This document shows, one piece after another, positions 55,829 through 64,000 of a stretch of DNA of 64,000 nucleotides; within the stretch, counting starts at the first letter, position 1; each line of letters begins with the position of its first letter. Source of the stretch: an uncultured Flavonifractor sp. (GTDB lineage Bacteria > Bacillota > Clostridia > Oscillospirales > Oscillospiraceae); contig CANAAV010000005.1 of the NCBI GenBank assembly GCA_947346365.1, positions 29,177 to 93,176 on the forward strand, in the 5' to 3' direction. The notes beneath the pieces are model-generated. The model saw only the letters and a list, made by a program, of their open reading frames with translations. It was not told the origin of the DNA and did no database searches. The position numbers and the translations under genes were made by a program.

Positions 55829-56597
55829 GGGCCACCCCCGTTCCAATTACTCCCGCCGCCGCCAACAGGCCCATGCGCTGAGCATAGGGGACCCACCAAG
55901 TGTCCCCTGCAATATCCAGCGCCATGTTGTGCAGCACGCTCAGCAGAAACAGGGTGTTCAGCAGAACGGTCAGCCCCAGCAGGTATACGCCTACCCACCG
56001 GCGGTCTCCCAGCCGGGCGCGGACCAGTCCCGCCATCCCCGCCAGGACACAAAGGGCACAGACGCCGCACAGCAGCAGATGCACGGCAAATCCTGCGCTG
56101 CCGGGGGAGGCGGTCCCGGACAGCTCCAGCAGGGCGGGGGAAAAGCAGATGCCGGCCAGGAACATGACGCACACCCCCAGGGCCAGCAGCAAAAGAAGCT
56201 GAGGAACCAGCCCTATGGGCAGCTCCCGGCTTCGCTCCCCCTCATAGCGGAACCAGACCAGAGAGAGAATTACGCCCAGCAGCAGGGGCAAAAACAGCGC
56301 CTCCCGAGGCAGTTCAAACTGGAAATGCGGGAATTGGAGCAGCAGCCATGCGGCGGGCGCCGCCAGGCAGGCGGCCAGCACTAGGAATACCGCCATCCAC
56401 CTTCCATAATCGGCAAAGGTAGTCAGCTGTTTGACCGCCTGCTTGGGGGTGCCGTAGTCCTTGCACTGGTCCTCGTAAAGCCGGGGGTCGATAGCCATTA
56501 TCTCCGAGTAGTCTGAGATCACATCGGCCGCCTCTTTGGGGGGCAGCCGCCACCGGGCAATGCGGCTGAGCCGGATTAAATACGGCGAGGGTTCCAT
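55821..56597 (-). CDS. DUF1700 (HAAS) membrane protein, PadR partner
   Basis: 258 aa; N-terminal cytoplasmic EAADVISDYSEIMA region then 5-6 TM helices; overlaps PadR start by 8 nt. Confidence 0.6.
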   Translation of the reverse strand: MEPSPYLIRLSRIARWRLPPKEAADVISDYSEIMAIDPRLYEDQCKDYGTPKQAVKQLTTFADYGRWMAVFLVLAACLAAPAAWLLLQFPHFQFELPREALFLPLLLGVILSLVWFRYEGERSRELPIGLVPQLLLLLALGVCVMFLAGICFSPALLELSGTASPGSAGFAVHLLLCGVCALCVLAGMAGLVRARLGDRRWVGVYLLGLTVLLNTLFLLSVLHNMALDIAGDTWWVPYAQRMGLLAAAGVIGTGVALC

Positions 56598-56844
56598 GAA
56601 CAGCGCTCCTTTTTACTATTGTTTCTTTAACTGCTGTTGAAAATACTATAGACAAAAAGCAGTATAGCATACTTGCCGGTAAAAAGCAACCCTTTCCCTG
56701 AGAGAAAGGAAAAAGGACAGAAACAGGGGCCCGCTCTCAGTGGAAAGCGGGCCCCTTAGACCGTTGAAAAACCTTACCGCGTTCACGTCCGCAGGCGGAG
56801 CGCATTCTCTCCGAAAAGCGGCAGAGCCGCTTTTCCGGCGTCTC

Positions 56845-57768
56845 TCAGGCCTTGGGCTTATTGGGCTCCACCCCGTCAAAAACGGCCTTGGCGGAGGCGC
56901 ACAGTCCGGCCAGTCCCTGGATCTCGCTGGGGATGATAATTTTGGTGGCCTTGCCGTCGGCGGCGGCCTGGAACGCCTCCAGGGCCTTGATCTTGACCAC
57001 CTGGTCATTGGGACAGGCGTCGTTCAAAAGCTTGAGCGCTTCGGCGGTGGCCTGCTGCACCTTCAGGATCGCCTCCGCCTCGCCCTCAGCCTTGAGGATG
57101 GCGGCCTGCTTGGCGGCGTCCGCCTGGAGGATCATGGCCTCCTTCTCGCCCTCGGCCACCAGGATCTGGCTCTGCCGCTGGCCCTCGGCCCGAAGGACCG
57201 CCTCGCGCTTCTCCCGCTCGGCCTTCATCTGTTTTTCCATGGCGTTTTGGATATCCGGGGGCGGCTGAATATTCTTCACCTCAACGCGGTTGACCTTAAT
57301 GCCCCAGGGATCGGTGGCCTCGTCCAGCAAAGAGCGCATCTGGGCGTTGATGGTATCCCGGCTGGTGAGGGTCTGCTCCAGGTCCATGTCGCCGATGATG
57401 TTGCGCATGGTAGTGACGGACAGGTTCTCAATGGCGCTCATGGGCCGCTCCACACCGTAGGCGTAAAGCTTGGGGTCGGTAATCTGGAAGTAGAGCACCG
57501 TGTCGATCTGCATGGTGACGTTGTCCTTGGTAATTACCGGCTGGGGCGGGAAATCCACCACCTGCTCCTTGAGGGAGACCACCTTGGCGATCTTCTCCAG
57601 GAAGGGAATTTTAAAGTGGGGGCCCACGTTCCAAATGGCGTGGAAGGCTCCCAGGCGCTCAATGACATAGGCCTTGGACTGCTGGACAAATTTGATGCTG
57701 GTGGCCACCACGGCAATGATGAGCACCACCAAAATAACCAGGATAATACGAATCGGTATGGGCAGCAT
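56845..57768 (-). CDS. floA: SPFH/band 7 stomatin-like protein (FloA/YqfA-like)
   Basis: 307 aa; N-terminal TM, SPFH domain, C-terminal EA coiled-coil. Confidence 0.85.
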   Translation of the reverse strand: MLPIPIRIILVILVVLIIAVVATSIKFVQQSKAYVIERLGAFHAIWNVGPHFKIPFLEKIAKVVSLKEQVVDFPPQPVITKDNVTMQIDTVLYFQITDPKLYAYGVERPMSAIENLSVTTMRNIIGDMDLEQTLTSRDTINAQMRSLLDEATDPWGIKVNRVEVKNIQPPPDIQNAMEKQMKAEREKREAVLRAEGQRQSQILVAEGEKEAMILQADAAKQAAILKAEGEAEAILKVQQATAEALKLLNDACPNDQVVKIKALEAFQAAADGKATKIIIPSEIQGLAGLCASAKAVFDGVEPNKPKA

Positions 57769-57783
57769 TCTGATTCCTCCTCT

Positions 57784-58245
57784 TTACTGATGAGCAGCGT
57801 TCGCTGCGGCGGGAAGGGGCGCCACAATGGCCTTGACGCCCTCAATGCGGAGCACCTGCACATGCTCTCCTGCGGAAATGACGCTCCCATCGGCCTCGGT
57901 GCGGGCAGTCCAGAGCGCCCCTTTCACCTTAATCTGTCCTCTGCCGTTGAGATTGTCGATGGCCTCTGTGACCACTCCCTCCGCCCCGATGGTGCTGTCA
58001 GCGTTGGTTGCGACGCTTTTGGGGAGCAGATACCCCTTGACCACCGGACGCACCGCCAGCAGGCACAGGGCCGACACCGCCAGGAACACCGTGAGTTGAA
58101 TCCAGACGTTGCCGGTAAAAAAGGATACTACCAGTCCCGCCAGGGCGCCCACGCCGAACCAAATGGAGACCAGTCCTACAGTCAGCGCTTCCCCGATGAA
58201 CAAAAGCACCACCGCCGCCAGCCAGATTATGCTTTGCGTTGGCAT
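57784..58245 (-). CDS. NfeD-family protein (short form)
   Basis: 153 aa; TM helices and C-terminal NfeD OB-fold (GRGQIKVKGALWTARTEAD..GEHVQVLRIEGVKAIVAP); upstream of SPFH gene. Confidence 0.8.
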   Translation of the reverse strand: MPTQSIIWLAAVVLLFIGEALTVGLVSIWFGVGALAGLVVSFFTGNVWIQLTVFLAVSALCLLAVRPVVKGYLLPKSVATNADSTIGAEGVVTEAIDNLNGRGQIKVKGALWTARTEADGSVISAGEHVQVLRIEGVKAIVAPLPAAANAAHQ

Positions 58246-58507
58246 TTACGACCCTCCTTTGCCGCACAAGCAGCCGGTATGGACACCGCCGCACAGGACC
58301 TTATTTGAAAATTGGCAAAGTGTACGGCGGTGTCTGACCACATTATAGCATATCTCGTCGAAAAAGGGAACCGGCAAAAAAATTCCCGGCAAAAAACTTT
58401 TTGTACCGGCAGGAAAAAGTATCCCACAGGGTTTGCCAAGCGGGCAAAAATACGCTATACTAATACCCAATACACCAATACCATCAAATGACTTGGAGCC
58501 AAAAAAT

Positions 58508-59629
58508 ATGACAGCTTTGCGATTATGGATCCCCACGCTGTTCGGCCTGGAGGGCCTGTGCGCCGGAGAGCTGCGGCGGCTGGGCCTGCCGGAGGTCCGG
58601 GCGGAAAACGGGCGTGTGCTCTGCTCCGCCCGGCCGGAGGACATTGCGCGCCTTAACCTGAACCTGCGTACCGGCGAACGGGTGCTGCTGCTGCTGGGGC
58701 AGTTTCCCGCGGCAGATTTCGACGCCCTGTTCGAAGGGGTCCGAGCCTTGCCTTGGGAGCAGTTTATTCCCAGGGAGGGGGCCTTTCCGGTTAAGGGCCA
58801 CAGCCTGAACTCCGCGCTCCATGCCGTGCCCGCCTGCCAATCCATCATCAAAAAAGCCGCCGCTGCCCGGCTGGGTCAGGCCTACGGTCTCAAAACGCTG
58901 CCGGAGAATGGGCCCCTCTATCAAATTCAGTTCGCCCTGCAGCATGATACGGCCTCCCTGATGCTGGACACCACCGGGCCGGGCCTGCACAAGCGGGGTT
59001 ACCGGGCAGTGGGAGTGGCCGCCCCCCTGCGGGAAACCCTGGCGGCCGCCATGGTACTGCTCTGCAAATACCGGGGCAGGGACCCCTTCTGCGATCCTTT
59101 CTGCGGTTCAGGCACGATCGCCATCGAGGCGGCGCTGATCGCCAAAAACCGTGCCCCCGGCCTGTCCCGCAGCTTTTCTGCCCAAAAGTGGCGCTGGCTG
59201 GACAGCCGCATCTGGCTGGACGGGGCGGAAGAGGCCATAGCCGGGGAATTTTCCGGAACTTACGACATCTGGGGCGGGGATATCGACCCGCGGGCGGTGG
59301 AGATTGCCCGGGCCAACGCGGTCAAAGCCGACGTGGAGGAGCTGGTGCGCTTTGAGGTGGCGGACGCCGTCCGTTTCCACCGCGCATCCCAGAAAGGACG
59401 GCTGGTGACCAATCCCCCTTATGGAGAGCGCATCCTGGAAAAGCGGGAGGCGCAGGAGCTCTACCGGCGCTTTGGCCTGGCGGCCCGCTCCCTGCCGGGG
59501 GGCTGGCAGATCGGAGTGCTCTCCTCCCACACGGAGTTTGAGCGCAGCTTCGGGCGGACGGCGGATAAAAAGCGCAAGCTGTATAACGGTATGCTCCGCT
59601 GTGATTTGTTTTTGTACGGAAACGTGTAG
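58508..59629 (+). CDS. THUMP-domain class I SAM-dependent RNA methyltransferase (RlmL/YpsC-like)
   Basis: 373 aa from ATG 58508; THUMP region then methylase motifs (DPFCGSGTI; NPPYG). Confidence 0.8.
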   Translation: MTALRLWIPTLFGLEGLCAGELRRLGLPEVRAENGRVLCSARPEDIARLNLNLRTGERVLLLLGQFPAADFDALFEGVRALPWEQFIPREGAFPVKGHSLNSALHAVPACQSIIKKAAAARLGQAYGLKTLPENGPLYQIQFALQHDTASLMLDTTGPGLHKRGYRAVGVAAPLRETLAAAMVLLCKYRGRDPFCDPFCGSGTIAIEAALIAKNRAPGLSRSFSAQKWRWLDSRIWLDGAEEAIAGEFSGTYDIWGGDIDPRAVEIARANAVKADVEELVRFEVADAVRFHRASQKGRLVTNPPYGERILEKREAQELYRRFGLAARSLPGGWQIGVLSSHTEFERSFGRTADKKRKLYNGMLRCDLFLYGNV

Positions 59630-59656
59630 ACTCTACCGAAACAGAGAGGATAAGGC

Positions 59657-60820
59657 ATGAGAAATAGAGCAATAGGAAAAAAACTGCTGCTGCGGAGCCT
59701 GGCGCTGCTGCTGGGCGCGGCGCTGCTGCTGGGGGGCGGCGCCCTGGCCGCCCCTCCGGAAGGGACTACGGTCTGGGGATTCAGCGAGGGAATGGCCCTG
59801 TGCGAGCTGGATGGAAAATGGGGCTATGTCGACGGCAGCCGCAGCGTGTCAATTCCGATCCAATACGACAGCGCAGTCTCTTTTTCTCTGGGCTTTGCCG
59901 CCGTAAACCTGGGCGGCAAGCTGGGGGTAATCCGCCCGGATGGAACCTACCTGATCCGTCCGGAATACGACACACTGATGCCGATTGACTGCGGACTCTA
60001 CATCGCCCAGAAGGGCACCCGCTGGGGCGTGGTCAGCATTCTGCCCCAGTCCTCCACCTCCGGCGGCTCCACCAACGTCATCTATGAACTGATTTATGAC
60101 AGCGTGCAGGTAACCCAGCAGGGGAAAACCCCTGTGCTCACCCTGACCCTGGGGGGGAGCCGCACCATGATCCCGGTGTTTGATCTGCCCGCCCTGCTCT
60201 CCCGGCGGGGAGTGGATTCGGCCAAGTTTCCCCTGACACGGGGCCGCCTGCCTGACTTTTCCGACGTATCTCCCAGGGACTGGTATGCCCTGTGGGTGGA
60301 CATTGCCTATAATGTCGGGCTCACCGACGGCGTGGGGGGCGGCTGCTTTGCGCCCGCCCAGGTCCTCACTGTGGCGGAGGCCCTTAAGCTGGCGGCCACC
60401 ATGGAGAGCCGCTACCGGGGGGATAACTTCCATCTACAGGAAAACCGGAGCGGCAGCTGGTATGTCCCCGCAGTGGACTACTGTCTGGCCAGCGGCCTTT
60501 TCCGCGCAGGGACCTTTACCCACACCGACTACGCCCGTCCCATCACGCGGGAGGAGATGGCCTCCCTCTTCGCCGCCACCACCCTGGCCCGGGACATGAA
60601 GCAAATCAACAGCCTGTCCCGTGTGCAGCAGTGGATTCCGGACGTAGACAGCGCCTCTCCCCAGGCCAGTGCGATTTACAGTCTGTATACCAAGGGCATT
60701 TTGGCCGGTGTGGACGGACACGGAACCTTCTGCGGAACCCAGTCCGTCACCCGCGCGGAAGCGGCGGCGATTATCTCCCGGATGGCACGGGCGGAACAGC
60801 GGCTCGTGCTGTCCTTCTGA
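59657..60820 (+). CDS. secreted WG-repeat protein with C-terminal SLH domains
   Basis: 387 aa; signal peptide; KWGYVD/RWGVV WG-repeat units; SLH-like segments (FSDVSPRDWYALWVDIAYNVGLTDG; WYVPAVDYCLASGLF; ASAIYSLYTKGILAGVDGHGTF). Confidence 0.6.
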   Translation: MRNRAIGKKLLLRSLALLLGAALLLGGGALAAPPEGTTVWGFSEGMALCELDGKWGYVDGSRSVSIPIQYDSAVSFSLGFAAVNLGGKLGVIRPDGTYLIRPEYDTLMPIDCGLYIAQKGTRWGVVSILPQSSTSGGSTNVIYELIYDSVQVTQQGKTPVLTLTLGGSRTMIPVFDLPALLSRRGVDSAKFPLTRGRLPDFSDVSPRDWYALWVDIAYNVGLTDGVGGGCFAPAQVLTVAEALKLAATMESRYRGDNFHLQENRSGSWYVPAVDYCLASGLFRAGTFTHTDYARPITREEMASLFAATTLARDMKQINSLSRVQQWIPDVDSASPQASAIYSLYTKGILAGVDGHGTFCGTQSVTRAEAAAIISRMARAEQRLVLSF

Positions 60821-60845
60821 CTGATTCAGCACGGGGGGAATTTTT

Positions 60846-61790
60846 ATGAAGCATCTCTTCATCATCAATCCCTGCGCCGGGAAATTTGACCGCAGCCACG
60901 AGCTGCGCCAGCGCATCGAGGCTCTGATGCACAGCCGGAATCTGGAGTGGGAGATCCTGGTGACCCAGCACCCCGGTCACGGTACGGAGCATGTGCGCCG
61001 CCAAGCGGCGCGGGGAAAGCCGCTGCGCATATACGCCTGCGGCGGGGACGGTACCCTCAATGAATGCGCCGCCGGGGCGGCGGGCTTTGCCAACGCCGCG
61101 CTCACCCATTACCCCACCGGCTCAGGCAACGACTTCATCCGCATGTTCGGCCCGGATGCCGCCGCTTTTCAGAATCTGCCCGCCCTGCTGGAGGGACCTC
61201 AGGCGCCGGTGGATTTGATCGACTGCAACGGGCATATCGCGCTGAATATCTGCTCGGTCGGATTTGACGCCCGCATCGGTTTAGGTATGGCAGATTTTAA
61301 GCGTCTGCCCCTGGTAGGCGGAAGCCTGGCTTATCAGCTCTCCGCCGTGCGCACCATCATCCAGGGTATTCACCGCCCCTATCGGGTGGAAATAGACGGC
61401 CAGGAGCTGCCGGAGCGGAATTTCACCCTTTTATGCGTCTGCAATGGGCGGTATTACGGCGGGGGCTTCAACCCCTCCCACCAGGCCATGCCGGACGACG
61501 GCGTGTTGGAGTTTATTGTCATCCGCGCGGTCTCCCGGCTGACGGTGGCCGCGTTGATCGGGACCTACGGCAGAGGCGGCGCACCGGACATGCCGGACAA
61601 GGCCATCGTCCGCCGGGGCAGGTCCATTAAAATCACCTGCGTAAAGGAGGAAATCGTCAATCTTGACGGCGAGCGGCTGGACGCCGCCGAGCTCTCCATC
61701 TGCCTGTCTGCTAAAAAAATAGACTTCTTTTTCCCAGAAGGAACCCATTGGGATCCCGCGCGGCGGGGGACATCTGGTGAAAAAATCTGA
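60846..61790 (+). CDS. diacylglycerol/lipid kinase (YegS/DagK family)
   Basis: 314 aa; DAGK catalytic motif (ACGGDGTLNE). Confidence 0.8.
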   Translation: MKHLFIINPCAGKFDRSHELRQRIEALMHSRNLEWEILVTQHPGHGTEHVRRQAARGKPLRIYACGGDGTLNECAAGAAGFANAALTHYPTGSGNDFIRMFGPDAAAFQNLPALLEGPQAPVDLIDCNGHIALNICSVGFDARIGLGMADFKRLPLVGGSLAYQLSAVRTIIQGIHRPYRVEIDGQELPERNFTLLCVCNGRYYGGGFNPSHQAMPDDGVLEFIVIRAVSRLTVAALIGTYGRGGAPDMPDKAIVRRGRSIKITCVKEEIVNLDGERLDAAELSICLSAKKIDFFFPEGTHWDPARRGTSGEKI

Positions 61791-61928
61791 ATTTAAGAGA
61801 TATCCGGTATTTTCAGGAGAATAGCTGTGATAAATCCATATAAAATATCTCTCACCTGGAAAATTCACAAAATATTCAAAAAATAGGACTTGCGCAATTT
61901 AGCAAGGCGGGGTATTATAATAAGCGTG

Positions 61929-61955
61929 TTAGCACTCAAAAGAAATGAGTGCTAA
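61929..61955 (+). promoter_or_regulatory. CIRCE operator (HrcA binding site) upstream of groES
   Basis: TTAGCACTC-AAAAGAAAT-GAGTGCTAA, perfect 9-bp inverted repeat with 9-nt spacer; candidate -35/-10 (TTGCGC/TATTAT-TATAAT) at 61890-61921. Confidence 0.9.
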
Positions 61956-62011
61956 CACGCTTGACAGGTTTACGAGAAAAAATCAAACATAGATCAAAGG
62001 AGGAATCCCAA

Positions 62012-62296
62012 ATGAATCTCAAACCCCTTGCAGACCGCGTCGTCCTGAAAATGGTAGAGGCGGAAGAAAAGACCAAGAGCGGCATCATTCTCACCGGCTC
62101 CGCTAAGGAGAAGCCTGAGGTAGCCGAGGTCATCGAGGTCGGCCCCGGCGGCCTGGTGGACGGCAAGGAAGTCACCATGACCGTGAAGAAGGGCGACAAA
62201 GTCATCACCAGCAAGTATTCCGGCACCGAGGTCAAAGTGGACGGTGAGGAATACACCATTGTCCGGCAGAACGATATTCTGGCAATCGTGGAGTAA
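62012..62296 (+). CDS. groES: co-chaperonin GroES
   Basis: 94 aa from ATG 62012 (AAAGGAGGAA RBS); MNLKPLADRVVLK.. Confidence 0.95.
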   Translation: MNLKPLADRVVLKMVEAEEKTKSGIILTGSAKEKPEVAEVIEVGPGGLVDGKEVTMTVKKGDKVITSKYSGTEVKVDGEEYTIVRQNDILAIVE

Positions 62297-62372
62297 TCGC
62301 CGCGGCGCAGCTCCCCGCATAATCTGAATTACAACAGGGGCGGTTTTTCCGCTCCTGTCCAAACGGAGGTAA

Positions 62373-64000
<1,628 letters not shown>

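Overview
This is a 64 kb chromosomal segment from a high-GC, flagellated, spore-forming Firmicute. It is most likely a Clostridia/Oscillospiraceae-type organism, based on sporulation genes yabP-yabQ-divIC, a flgM-flgN-flgK-flgL-fliW-csrA motility operon and a CIRCE-controlled groES-groEL. Most of the window is housekeeping: gatA/gatB, murI, argS, gluQ, relA, recJ, comM, degV, azlCD, two NfeD-SPFH/flotillin pairs, a yhaO/yhaN-like sbcCD pair and ymdB.

The one clear accessory island is a compact, about 13 kb, minus-strand PBSX-like phage-like element (11369-24433). It runs terminase small and large, portal, XkdF-like, capsid, sheath, tube, a tail chaperone with an A7 slippery site for a programmed -1 frameshift, a very short putative tape measure, XkdP(LysM)/Q/R/S, baseplate J and XkdU. 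There is no integrase, repressor, replication, tail-fibre or lysis module in this window, and GC matches the flanks. This looks like a domesticated tailocin or gene-transfer-agent-like particle locus rather than an intact prophage.

A second signal is a dispersed MITE-like repeat family of about 140-160 bp with terminal inverted repeats ctaGGCCTTGTTTGAA / TTCAAACAAGGCCtag. Two full copies and several fragments abut the phage-like element and bracket a Vat-family streptogramin acetyltransferase gene. An ATP-grasp D-aspartate-ligase-like gene sits next to an aspartate racemase, suggesting a D-Asp peptidoglycan cross-bridge pathway. No rRNA, tRNA or CRISPR array was recognised. Many long reverse-strand ORFs in the six-frame track are high-GC shadow ORFs.
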